From Polyangiaceae bacterium (GTDB lineage Bacteria; Myxococcota_A; Polyangia; Polyangiales; Polyangiaceae), in the NCBI GenBank assembly GCA_044376115.1, contig JBILLK010000006.1, positions 192,001-256,000 of the forward strand: a DNA stretch of 64,000 nt, read 5' to 3'. The first letter of the stretch is position 1. Every line of letters begins with the position of its first letter. The position numbers were made by a program, and so were the translations under genes. The notes under the pieces are model-generated. The model ran no database searches. It saw only the letters and a list, made by a program, of their open reading frames with translations, and was not told where the DNA came from. Below, piece by piece: positions 27,402-35,838 of the stretch.

Positions 27402-28219
27402 TTCGTGATCGTCTTGAGGTCGATCATCTCCTCGACGTTCGGCATTACGACCAGCTCCACGCGCCGGTTGCCCTTGCGACCATCCTCGCTCGCGTTGTCT
27501 GCGACTGGGTCGGTGTCGCCGTAACCAACCGCCGACCAGTTTCCCGGCCTGAGGCCGCCACCGGTTTTGGTGTCCGGATCAGTCAGGTACACGAGCACCT
27601 CGCGTGCGCGCATCGCGGAGAGGCCCCAGTTGTCCTTGAAGACCCCCTTGAACGGTTGCGCGTCGGTGTGGCCGGCCACCTGGTAGGTACGATTCATCAG
27701 CCCGGCGTCGCTGCGAATGACCTCGGCCACCTTGGCGAGGATCTCCTTGCCGCCGCTGCGTAGCGTGTCTCGCCCCGAGTCGAAGAGCACGTCACCCGGC
27801 AGTTGGATCACGATGCGGTTCTTGCGAATCTGAACCTTGAGGCCGAACTTGGTCAGCTCGTCGAGCTTCCTGCGCAAGACCTCGAAGCGCTGCCTGATCG
27901 CCTCGAGCTGCTCCGCGCGCTTCTTGTAGTCGTCGAGGGCGCGTGCCTGCTGCTCGATGTTGGCGTTGAGATTCGAGATGTCGACGCCTGCGTCACGGAG
28001 CTGCTCCTTGAGCTGTTCGATCTGTGCTTTGGCATCCGCGAGCTCTTGCTGCGCGTTCTTATTCGCTGCGGACTCAGCGGCGAGCCGCGCTTTGAGATCC
28101 TCGATCTCACGGACCTTCGCGTCGAACTGCTCTTGGCTTGGCCCACAACCAGCCAGCCCAACGAATGCCAATAAAACGCCGGCAAAGTAGAGCCCGCGCG
28201 TTCGTCGACCAGTCAGCAT
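27398..28219 (-). CDS. OmpA/MotB-family peptidoglycan-binding lipoprotein with coiled coil
   Basis: Lipobox LAGC, coiled coil, VLFDSG, GHTD, NWGLSAMRA, NRRVE; SD GGAGG. Confidence 0.88.
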   Translation of the reverse strand: MLTGRRTRGLYFAGVLLAFVGLAGCGPSQEQFDAKVREIEDLKARLAAESAANKNAQQELADAKAQIEQLKEQLRDAGVDISNLNANIEQQARALDDYKKRAEQLEAIRQRFEVLRRKLDELTKFGLKVQIRKNRIVIQLPGDVLFDSGRDTLRSGGKEILAKVAEVIRSDAGLMNRTYQVAGHTDAQPFKGVFKDNWGLSAMRAREVLVYLTDPDTKTGGGLRPGNWSAVGYGDTDPVADNASEDGRKGNRRVELVVMPNVEEMIDLKTITK

Positions 28220-28434
28220 TCAAACCTCCGTACCGGCACGACCCGGCGGCCGGCAACGTAGTCTACCCGGGCCTATCCGTTCAAGGGTGACGTCAGATTC
28301 GGCGTTCTGGCTTCCATGAACGCTGGTTCTAGTCAATAGGAAAGGGGTGTATTTTGAGCGCTGGCCCCATGTGTCCTGCTGGGTGGCCGTTCATGCCCCG
28401 CAACGCTTGCGGAGCTCAATCGGGGAAAAGCGCC

Positions 28435-28443
28435 TGTGGATAA
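28435..28443. promoter_or_regulatory. Consensus DnaA box
   Basis: TGTGGATAA is the reverse complement of TTATCCACA, in an intergenic AT-rich patch. Confidence 0.55.
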
Positions 28444-28465
28444 AATGCGTCCTGAAAAATTTTCC

Positions 28466-28494
28466 TTGACCGTGCCCATGCGTGGCAATATACG
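28466..28494 (+). promoter_or_regulatory. Putative sigma70 promoter of the histone-like gene
   Basis: A/T tract GAAAAATTTT, then TTGACC-N17-TATACG. Confidence 0.55.
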
Positions 28495-28652
28495 TCGTGC
28501 AACATCTGTTGCTTCTGGAGTTTCATCTCTCAGGTGAGACGCTTGAACAAAGGTTCCGTGCCCGGCGGGTTCGAGTTCGGAATCGAGATTGAGTGGGGCA
28601 GACACGTTCGTGAAAGCCCGGAACTGTCGGAAGCGAACATAGGAGGATCCAG

Positions 28653-29003
28653 ATGGCTGCTAAAAAGACTGCTGCAAAAAAGGCTGCTGTGAAGAAAGTC
28701 ACCAAGACGGCGAAGAAGCCGGCTGCTGGTAAGGCCGCTAAGGTCGCCAAGGCCAAGAAGGCTGCACCGAAGAAGGCTGCTGCCAAGAAGGCTGCACCGA
28801 AGAAGGCTGCTGCCAAGAAGGCTGCACCGAAGAAGGCTGCTGCCAAGAAGGCTGCACCGAAGAAGGCTGCTGCTAAGAAGGCTGCACCGAAGAAGGCTGC
28901 TGCTAAGAAGGCCGCCAAGAAGGCTGCTCCCCGGAAGGCGAAAGCCGCTCCGGCCCCAGCGGCGCCTGCGACCGAGACCACCTCGCACGACGAATCTGAA
29001 TAG
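28653..29003 (+). CDS. Histone H1-like Lys/Ala/Pro-rich DNA-binding protein
   Basis: Strong SD (AGGAGG); AKKAAPKKAA repeats; short acidic tail HDESE. Confidence 0.88.
   Translation: MAAKKTAAKKAAVKKVTKTAKKPAAGKAAKVAKAKKAAPKKAAAKKAAPKKAAAKKAAPKKAAAKKAAPKKAAAKKAAPKKAAAKKAAKKAAPRKAKAAPAPAAPATETTSHDESE
28752..28901 (+). repeat. Five tandem 30-bp coding repeats
   Basis: GC(C/T)AAGAAGGCTGCACCGAAGAAGGCTGCT x5, plus a partial sixth. Confidence 0.95.
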
Positions 29004-29005
29004 TA

Positions 29006-29217
29006 CGGCCCAGTCGCGGTGAAGCTCGTACTGTGGCTGCTATCACAGGAAGGGCTTGCCGACGCGGCATTGATTCGCTGCGACTGGCCGCACGTAAGCG
29101 TGCATGTCGATTCTCAGCTGAGCTGCGAAAGGAACTCCAAGCTCGGAGTCCCGCATCTCTGACGGGGGCACAAGAAAGTAGCGCACTAAAGAAGTGTGGC
29201 TGCTTTTCGTGCTTTTG
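29006..29217 (+). ncRNA. Candidate structured RNA (3' UTR or sRNA) ending in a terminator-like hairpin
   Basis: 17-bp stem 29006-29023/29074-29090 with internal hairpins, further stems to 29217, G-U pairs that work only on the + strand. Confidence 0.45.
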
Positions 29218-29232
29218 TGGCCTCGTGAGGCG

Positions 29233-30816
29233 CTACTCGCCGAGATAGAGCCTGAGCGCTCGAGCGGCTGCCTGCTTGTCGAAGGGGGCGTCCTTGAGCT
29301 CCACCCGCCCACTGATACGGTCGAAGAGCTCGACCAGATACGAGTGGAAGGCCTCCGCTTCTTCGATGGCCATGATGAAGCGTTGCGGGTCGACGAGCTC
29401 CGTGTCGGAGAGCGCCGCCATTGCGTCCATGAACGCGTCGAAGCGCGGGTAGTCCCCGACGCGGAGAAGCGGGTAGCCCATCGCACGGAAGTAGCCGAGG
29501 AACTCGCGCACGAACGCAAAGCTCTGCAGCTTGCCCCAACGATCGATCGTTGGATCGGTGTGACGAGCTTTGCTGGAGAAGGCGCGAACGATCTGGGCGA
29601 ACATCCAGATGTCGCGTCGCAAGCGCTCACTCGACGCGCGGCGCGCGGCGAAGTCGTCGAACACGTGCCCGTCGTCTAGGCCGGACTTGAGCGACTTACC
29701 AAGGAAGAGCACGGCGTTCTGGATCGACGGCCGCAAGTTCTTGGTCACCTCGCGCAACTTGAGTCGCAACTCGGCCTCTGAAGGTCCCGACTCGACGGTC
29801 GGAAGGTCATGCTCGAAGGTTCGCCGCATCTCCAGTCGCAGGTTGGCAGCGACGCCGGTGAGGGCGCCTTTGATCGCCATCAGCCTGTCGCCTTCGGAGC
29901 GCAGTTCGTCGAAGCGGCCGGCGATCTCCTTTGCTGGTACTCGCAAGAGGTCGGCTTGGTAGCCGTCGGCGAGAAGCCCGCCGGCTCGTCGTCGCAAGTA
30001 GCCGGATAACGCGCGGGCGTCGCTGCGCAGCACGGCCAGCGTGAGGAAGGCGCGCCCTCCGATTCGACGATCAGAATGATCCATCGCGATCGCGTCGAGC
30101 AGCTTCAAATACCGCAGCAAGCGGAACAGAGAGAGGAAGGTGAGCGCGACCAGCCGATGCGCTTGATCGCCGTTGACGTTTTGGATCAGCTCCAGCACGT
30201 GGGTGGACGGGATGCGGTCGAACTCGGGCCGAAACTCGAGCGCTGACAGCGGGTTGAAGAACGTGCTTTGCGCGGACTCGCGCATCGCGACCGCGAGCAT
30301 CGAATAGAAAAGTCGAAACGGAACCCGCGGCAGCTTGAGTAAGCCGTTGGTTACCTCAATCAGGTTGGTCAAGCCGTGACGCATGACGACCAGGCTCTCC
30401 TCGGGTAGCTCTTGTCCCGAGAGCGAGGAGCGCAGGAGCCGCGAGCGCGCTCCGTCTTCCGGCAAGACCGTCTCGAGATAGCGATGGAAGACGAAGGCCT
30501 TGTCGCGATCCCCGAGCAGCGTCCGCGATAGCTGCACGATGCGTTGCATGCCGTCGCGGGTCTCGCGCAGATGATCGCGAAAATCCAAAGAGACGAAGGT
30601 CCTGCGGCCGGTGGCCCCCGTGTGATTGCGCGGATTGGCGAAGCAGGCGACGCCTTTGAGCAAAACCTCGAGCTCGAACAGCACCTCGTCTTTGCGGTCC
30701 GCGCTGAGGCCGGCGAACCAGGTGTCGCGGGCGAGTTGTTGCTCACGTCGCAAGCCGCGCGTGTTGCGCAGCAGTTCGGCATAAGCGTTGGGTTGACCTG
30801 TTTGGTTGCTGGGCAT
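29233..30816 (-). CDS. Hypothetical all-helical protein
   Basis: Long natural-looking ORF; no motif recognised. Confidence 0.8.
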   Translation of the reverse strand: MPSNQTGQPNAYAELLRNTRGLRREQQLARDTWFAGLSADRKDEVLFELEVLLKGVACFANPRNHTGATGRRTFVSLDFRDHLRETRDGMQRIVQLSRTLLGDRDKAFVFHRYLETVLPEDGARSRLLRSSLSGQELPEESLVVMRHGLTNLIEVTNGLLKLPRVPFRLFYSMLAVAMRESAQSTFFNPLSALEFRPEFDRIPSTHVLELIQNVNGDQAHRLVALTFLSLFRLLRYLKLLDAIAMDHSDRRIGGRAFLTLAVLRSDARALSGYLRRRAGGLLADGYQADLLRVPAKEIAGRFDELRSEGDRLMAIKGALTGVAANLRLEMRRTFEHDLPTVESGPSEAELRLKLREVTKNLRPSIQNAVLFLGKSLKSGLDDGHVFDDFAARRASSERLRRDIWMFAQIVRAFSSKARHTDPTIDRWGKLQSFAFVREFLGYFRAMGYPLLRVGDYPRFDAFMDAMAALSDTELVDPQRFIMAIEEAEAFHSYLVELFDRISGRVELKDAPFDKQAAARALRLYLGE

Positions 30817-30887
30817 TGCGTCGATTCAAACGAGAGTTGCTGCTGCGAATGCGGGGGCGCAGGCCGACGTTGGCGAAGAGGTCGGAC

Positions 30888-31487
30888 TCACTTGCGAGCC
30901 TTGAACACGAAGGGATGCCGATAGGTTGTCTCTTTGCCGCTCGGAGAGGCGGGGTAGCTGAGCGACTTTGCTACCTCGACCATGCAGGACTCCGCGGTCT
31001 TGTCGCTCAGGTCGGTCTTGCTCGTATCAAAGGCAGCGCTCACGAAGGAGCCGTCGGGGTTCAACTTGATCGAGAGCATCACGTTGACCTCCTTACCCGC
31101 CGCGTTGGTCTTGGCCCAAGCGTCGAAGCACGCGCGAAACTTTTCACGACTTGCGAGGACTGCGTTTTTGATGCCCTCGAGTCGGTCGCTCGAGCCGGCA
31201 TCTGCGGCTGGCTGCGCATTGTTCATGACCGTTCCTGCGTCGGGCGGTTCATTGATGCTCTCGGCGCTACCCACCGCCGCTGCGGTCTCGGCCGGCTGCG
31301 GGGCAAGCGCGGAAGGGGAGGCCGTGGCCGAGTCGGGCGCAGGGGCCGCGCTGGGGGTGCCGCTCGTTGGGTGCGAGCCATGCGCGTTCTGGTCTGCGCC
31401 GGTGCTCGTGGAACAAGCCAACGCGAGAAACGTCGCCGTCGCCATGGTGGAGATGGCGAGGCCGGCGAGGGGTGCTCGATTTTGCAT
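30888..31487 (-). CDS. Lipoprotein with AgmX/PglI C-terminal (TonB-C-like) domain
   Basis: Lipobox LALAC, Pro/Ala linker, FRACF...V...I.LNPDG.....ESCM......YP......YRHPF.F. Confidence 0.75.
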   Translation of the reverse strand: MQNRAPLAGLAISTMATATFLALACSTSTGADQNAHGSHPTSGTPSAAPAPDSATASPSALAPQPAETAAAVGSAESINEPPDAGTVMNNAQPAADAGSSDRLEGIKNAVLASREKFRACFDAWAKTNAAGKEVNVMLSIKLNPDGSFVSAAFDTSKTDLSDKTAESCMVEVAKSLSYPASPSGKETTYRHPFVFKARK

Positions 31488-31570
31488 TGGCCGGCATGCT
31501 ATCAAGCCGCCCCCAGCCTGACGGGGGCTTTTCGCTAGGGGAGGCCCGCTTGCGGTGATAACGCGTCCCT

Positions 31571-32035
31571 ATGGTTCGAAACCTGCTGGTGGCTGCGGTG
31601 GCCTCGGCTGCGCTTGCCTGCAGCTCGCAGGAGGTGAAGCTTTGCGGTGAAATCCCCACTGACGGCTGTCCGTTGGGTCGTGGTGGTACCTGTGAAGACC
31701 CATTCTGCGCTGCGCTCTACGATTGCGTCGACGGGGCTTGGACGCTCGCCGAGACCTGTGAGGGCTTCGGCGGCCAAGCCGCAGGCGGGCAGCCTGGCAC
31801 GGGAGGCGGGCAAGGCGGCAGTTGCGACCTGATGTTCGACCACAGCGGTGAGGTCAGCGGCTGTACACCGGACCTACAGTCGCCGGATTGCCCGGCGGAG
31901 GCCGCCGAGGGGCTTTGCGAGCCTTGTCTCACCGGCTGTATCGACTTCTTCATGTGCACCGAGACCGGCTGGGAGAGCGTCGCGTATTGCGACGAAGACG
32001 GGGGTTTCTTCGTAACCGACGGGGCGCTCCGTTGA
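31571..32035 (+). CDS. Small Cys-rich lipoprotein
   Basis: Lipobox ALAC, two Cys clusters joined by a Gly linker. Confidence 0.75.
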   Translation: MVRNLLVAAVASAALACSSQEVKLCGEIPTDGCPLGRGGTCEDPFCAALYDCVDGAWTLAETCEGFGGQAAGGQPGTGGGQGGSCDLMFDHSGEVSGCTPDLQSPDCPAEAAEGLCEPCLTGCIDFFMCTETGWESVAYCDEDGGFFVTDGALR

Positions 32036-32886
32036 GCGCCGTGCGAGGCTTTCGTGCGCCGCCCTCCGGACCGCCCGAAAAGCTGTCGAACTGGGATGGG
32101 CCGCTCGAACAGGCGCTGCTTCTGTTCGTCGATCTCGAAATGACCGGCCTCTTGCCCGAGCAGGATCGCGTGATCGAGCTTTGTGCGGAGTTGGTGCGCG
32201 GCGATGAGGTGCTCGCGCGGATCGATTCGCTGGTTCGGCCTGAGTGTGGTCGCTTTGGCAATGAACGCATCCACGGCATCAAGGCGGAGGACCTGTTGCC
32301 GGCGCCCACCTTCGCGGAGGTGCTCTCGCAACTCGAGCCGCTGCTATCCCAGGCCGTTTTGGTCGCCCACGGAGCGGCCTTTGACGTGGTGTTCTTGCGC
32401 AAGGAGGCGGAACGGGCCGGCCGGGCGCTGGAGCTGGCGACGTTCCTCGATACCTTGCCCGTTGCAAGGCGCGCCTTCCCGTTCCCGCGGCATGCCTTGT
32501 CCGAGCTCGCCAAGACCCTCAGCCTGGGCAATGAGCGCTCGCATCGCGCAGCGGGGGACGTGGCGACCTTGAGGCGGCTTTTCAGCGCGCTATGTGCTCG
32601 CCTCAAGCCGACTTGCCTCAGGGACCTGTTTGACGTGGGCATTCGGCCACGAGGACCGTCCCAAGCCATCGTGGAGGCGCTTCAGGCGTGTTTGAGCAGC
32701 GGTTCTGCGGCAAAGATTACGTATCGGCGCACCGGTAAGCCCATCACCGAAGGGGTGCTCTCGGTGCAAAAGGTGGAGTCCGAACTCGACCCCCCGGTGG
32801 TTCTTGGCTATTGGCTCCCAGGCCGCGGACGAATCCAGTTGCGGCTCGATCGAATCATTTCGGTTATCCCCTCGCAAGCTGGCTAG
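32032..32886 (+). CDS. DEDDh 3'-5' exonuclease (DnaQ-like) with C-terminal WYL-like domain
   Basis: DLEMTG, HGAAFD, HRAAGD; C-terminal ITYRR...VLGY....RIQLRLDRIISV; TTG start overlapping the upstream stop. Confidence 0.8.
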   Translation: MSAVRGFRAPPSGPPEKLSNWDGPLEQALLLFVDLEMTGLLPEQDRVIELCAELVRGDEVLARIDSLVRPECGRFGNERIHGIKAEDLLPAPTFAEVLSQLEPLLSQAVLVAHGAAFDVVFLRKEAERAGRALELATFLDTLPVARRAFPFPRHALSELAKTLSLGNERSHRAAGDVATLRRLFSALCARLKPTCLRDLFDVGIRPRGPSQAIVEALQACLSSGSAAKITYRRTGKPITEGVLSVQKVESELDPPVVLGYWLPGRGRIQLRLDRIISVIPSQAG

Positions 32887-32906
32887 AAGCGCGTCAGGAA
32901 CTCAAC

Positions 32907-34280
32907 ATGGCTGCATCTTCCTACTCGTTCGGTTTCGGGCTCGCCCTCGCTGCTGCTATCGCTGCCTGCAATCCTGGGCCACCGAAGGCACCCGAACGAG
33001 ACCGCGCTGCAGAGCAGTTCTTCCGGCGGGCCGCTGAGGACTTTGACCAAGCGCGCATCGATGAAGCGCAAGACGCCATCGAGCGCGCGTTGGCGATTGC
33101 GCCAAACGACAGCGAGTTGCAGACCTTGGGCGGGCGCATTGCTTTGGCGCAGCTTCAATTCGACGAGTCGCTGCGGCTCTTGCACAACGTCCCCGGCTCC
33201 GAGGCGCAAGGGCTACGTGGGCGCGCGCACTGGTACCAAGGGGAGCTCGAGCCTGCGGCGCAAGAGTTCGAGGCGATGCTGAATGACCCAACGGTGCGCG
33301 ATGATTGGGCCCGCTCCGTGGCAGGTCTTGCGCGCAGCGGCGAGGGACGAACTCCGTACGCGATGTCGGGGGACCCTCGGGCCGTGCTCGATATGGCTCA
33401 GGTCAGCCTCTCGGCGCCGTACCTCGTCGTGGAGGTCGAGGTCGACGGCGAGGAAGGGCTCGCGCTGATCGCCACCAACGTCGAGGACATTCTGGTCGAG
33501 AGCAATACGCATCCGCAGCCGAGTTGGGCGTCCTTACGCTTCAAGTCGCCCCCGTCACCGCTCAACGGGCAGCGCTCTGTGGTCGAACTCAACGATGTAC
33601 CTGCTTTGCCGCAAGACCTGGCCGGCATCAGTCGCGAGGTGAACACGAACCTCAAAGCGTTGATCGGCGTCAATGTGTTGCGGCAGCTGAACGTGACCAT
33701 CGACTTCGCCGCTCGCCAATTCGTCGTGCGTCAGCAAGCGGCTCCCCCGCCGCCCGATTCGACGCGCTTGCGTGCGCTGTACTCGCGGGGAGGTGGGCTG
33801 ATGCTCGCCGCAGGGATCGGCGCGAGCGAGAACACGACGGGCACGTTCTTCGTCGACAGCACCAGCCGACACCCGCTCTCGATGGATGAGGTCGGGCTAA
33901 CCAAGGCCGGCATCAAGACCGCTGAGCTGACGGCGCTCGCTGCCGACCCGAGTTCCAAGCTGCGTCAAGGCGTCGTTCCCGTCGTTCGTTTGGGGGCCTT
34001 CGATCTCAAGAAAGTGCCGACGATCTTCGGCGGTCCGCTGACGGAGGTCGAGAAGCAGCTGCAGTTCGACGTAGACGGTGTGATCGGCGTGCCGCTCTTG
34101 GCGTTCTACCGCTTCACCTTCGCAGACAGTGGACGCGTGATCTACCTCGAGGACGACTCCGAGGTCAGGCGCATGGCCGCAGAAGAGGACGACTTCGGTT
34201 CGGTGCTCGCTCCTCCGCCGCAGAACTTAACGGCGCCCGAGGCTCCGGTCGCACCGATCACACCTGGAGTGGTTCCGTGA
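32907..34280 (+). CDS. Lipoprotein with TPRs and two retropepsin-like (aspartyl protease) domains
   Basis: Lipobox IAAC, TPRs, VEVEVDG..., ALIGVNVL...VTIDF, FFVDS, DGVIGVPLL. Confidence 0.7.
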   Translation: MAASSYSFGFGLALAAAIAACNPGPPKAPERDRAAEQFFRRAAEDFDQARIDEAQDAIERALAIAPNDSELQTLGGRIALAQLQFDESLRLLHNVPGSEAQGLRGRAHWYQGELEPAAQEFEAMLNDPTVRDDWARSVAGLARSGEGRTPYAMSGDPRAVLDMAQVSLSAPYLVVEVEVDGEEGLALIATNVEDILVESNTHPQPSWASLRFKSPPSPLNGQRSVVELNDVPALPQDLAGISREVNTNLKALIGVNVLRQLNVTIDFAARQFVVRQQAAPPPPDSTRLRALYSRGGGLMLAAGIGASENTTGTFFVDSTSRHPLSMDEVGLTKAGIKTAELTALAADPSSKLRQGVVPVVRLGAFDLKKVPTIFGGPLTEVEKQLQFDVDGVIGVPLLAFYRFTFADSGRVIYLEDDSEVRRMAAEEDDFGSVLAPPPQNLTAPEAPVAPITPGVVP

Positions 34281-34771
34281 GTAACGTTTCAAATCTGGCC
34301 GTCTACGCAGGTAGTTTCGACCCGGTGACGCTTGGCCACCTCGATCTGATCGAGCGAGCCGCCAAGCTGTTCGACGACGTCGTGGTGGCGATCGGCGTTC
34401 ATCCCACGCGCAAGCCGTTGTTCTCCTTCGAGGAGAGGTTGGCGCTGCTACTGGAGGTGGTGAAGCCCTTTCCCAACGTGCGAGTCGAGCGCTTCGACGG
34501 GCTGCTGATCCACTACTGCAAGGCGCTCGGTGCGCGCGTGATCGTGCGTGGCCTGCGAGCCGCCACAGACTTCGAGTACGAGCTGCAGATCGCCCACGCC
34601 AACGCCGACATGGAGCCGCAGATCGACACCGTCTTTTTGCCGACGCGGGCCAACTACGGCTTCGTCTCCGCAAGCCTGGTGCGTGAGATCGCAAGCCACG
34701 GTGGCAACGTAAGTCACTATGCGCCGGAAATCGTTTGCACGGCGCTTCGCAATAAGTTCCCTCGTCCGTAG
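34277..34771 (+). CDS. coaD: Phosphopantetheine adenylyltransferase
   Basis: AVYAGSFDPVTLGHLD, RGLRAATDFEYE, VSASLVREIA. Confidence 0.97.
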   Translation: MSNVSNLAVYAGSFDPVTLGHLDLIERAAKLFDDVVVAIGVHPTRKPLFSFEERLALLLEVVKPFPNVRVERFDGLLIHYCKALGARVIVRGLRAATDFEYELQIAHANADMEPQIDTVFLPTRANYGFVSASLVREIASHGGNVSHYAPEIVCTALRNKFPRP

Positions 34772-34784
34772 CGCGCCGTTCGAC

Positions 34785-35780
34785 TCATTCGTACACGGCG
34801 AATGGGGTCGGCATGAACAGCAGCAAGAACAGGGCGAGGCACAGCCACGCAAGCGCTCGGCGCACAGGAGACAAGTGGTGGTCGTCCGTTGGCGGGTGGT
34901 TCACTCGCGTCCTGCGTTTCAGGAACAACAGGATGAAGAACCAAACCAGATAAAACGTCGAGTTTGAGACGGCCGTACCCAAGCTCGTCCCGAGCAAAAG
35001 CGCGGGCACGACGAACTTTGCGAGATTGTAGCCGAACACCAGCAGCAGCCCGTAGTGGATGAGGTTGGCGTAACGATCCTGGCGAGGGCCAAACAGCGAG
35101 TACGCGATGTGGCCGCCGTCGAGCTGGCCTACCGGAATGAGGTTGATCGCCGTCACGAACAAACCAGCCCAGCCTGCGAAGGCGGTTTGGTTCATGGTGA
35201 TGTCGGACCCATCGGGGATCGGCCCCAGCACCAGTCGCTTCATCAACCAATAAAAGAGGCTTTGGCCTTCGAGCGTGTACGGCAGCTCGCTGACGCTGAC
35301 GGGCGAGCTGCTCAGGCCGATCACCAGCACGGGCACGGTGACCAGCAGCCCGGCCAACGGGCCCGCCGCGCCGATGTCGAACAGCGCGTTGCGCGAGCGA
35401 ATGCGGTCGGGCATGGCGATCACGGCGCCCATCGTGCCGAAGGGCGTCAGGAACGGGACCGGAATGAAGTACGGCAAGGAGACCGCGACCTTGTGATAGC
35501 GAGCCGCTAGGTAGTGACCGAACTCGTGGAAGAGCAGGATCAGCAGCAGCGGGACAGCAAAACGCCACCCGCGCGGCAGCAGCGTAAGGAACGACTCGTC
35601 GGGCTTTCCGTCGTAGAGGCCGCCAGCGAGAAACATCGAGAGCGCGGTGGCTATGAACAGCGGGCCGGCCAAGCGAAAGTTGGGTCGGTGCTCGCTCGGG
35701 TCATCGTCCGACGAAGCTTCATCGGCTGGCTCTTCATCATCGAGCGAGCGTTGGTCGCGCATCTCCATCCTTGCCGGCAC
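34785..35780 (-). CDS. Site-2 protease (peptidase M50)
   Basis: HEFGH, GTMGAVI, AGPLAG, NLIPVGQLDGGH. Confidence 0.92.
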   Translation of the reverse strand: MPARMEMRDQRSLDDEEPADEASSDDDPSEHRPNFRLAGPLFIATALSMFLAGGLYDGKPDESFLTLLPRGWRFAVPLLLILLFHEFGHYLAARYHKVAVSLPYFIPVPFLTPFGTMGAVIAMPDRIRSRNALFDIGAAGPLAGLLVTVPVLVIGLSSSPVSVSELPYTLEGQSLFYWLMKRLVLGPIPDGSDITMNQTAFAGWAGLFVTAINLIPVGQLDGGHIAYSLFGPRQDRYANLIHYGLLLVFGYNLAKFVVPALLLGTSLGTAVSNSTFYLVWFFILLFLKRRTRVNHPPTDDHHLSPVRRALAWLCLALFLLLFMPTPFAVYE

Positions 35781-35838
35781 ACGGTTCTGTGGCCGTTCGT
35801 TCGTGTCAACTGTGGAGCGTTCGCGCTAGAAAGTGCAG

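Noticed and set aside
27398..28219. Flagellar stator MotB
   Set aside because: It has a lipobox rather than the Asp-bearing TM helix, and there is no motA or flagellar gene nearby.
28560..28585. GGGTTCGAGT resembling a tRNA T-loop
   Set aside because: The flanks do not form a T-stem, and no acceptor or anticodon arm can be built.
28220..28652. Replication origin
   Set aside because: Only one consensus DnaA box, no box cluster or clear DUE, and no dnaA/dnaN/gidA context.
28752..28901. 30-bp repeats as a CRISPR array
   Set aside because: The units are contiguous with no spacers, in frame in a coding gene, and no cas genes are present.
28523..28988. Minus-strand ORFs with AAFFGAAFLA or CSLLGSSLLR repeats
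   Set aside because: Antisense readings of the histone-like repeat; the SD and promoter support the + strand.
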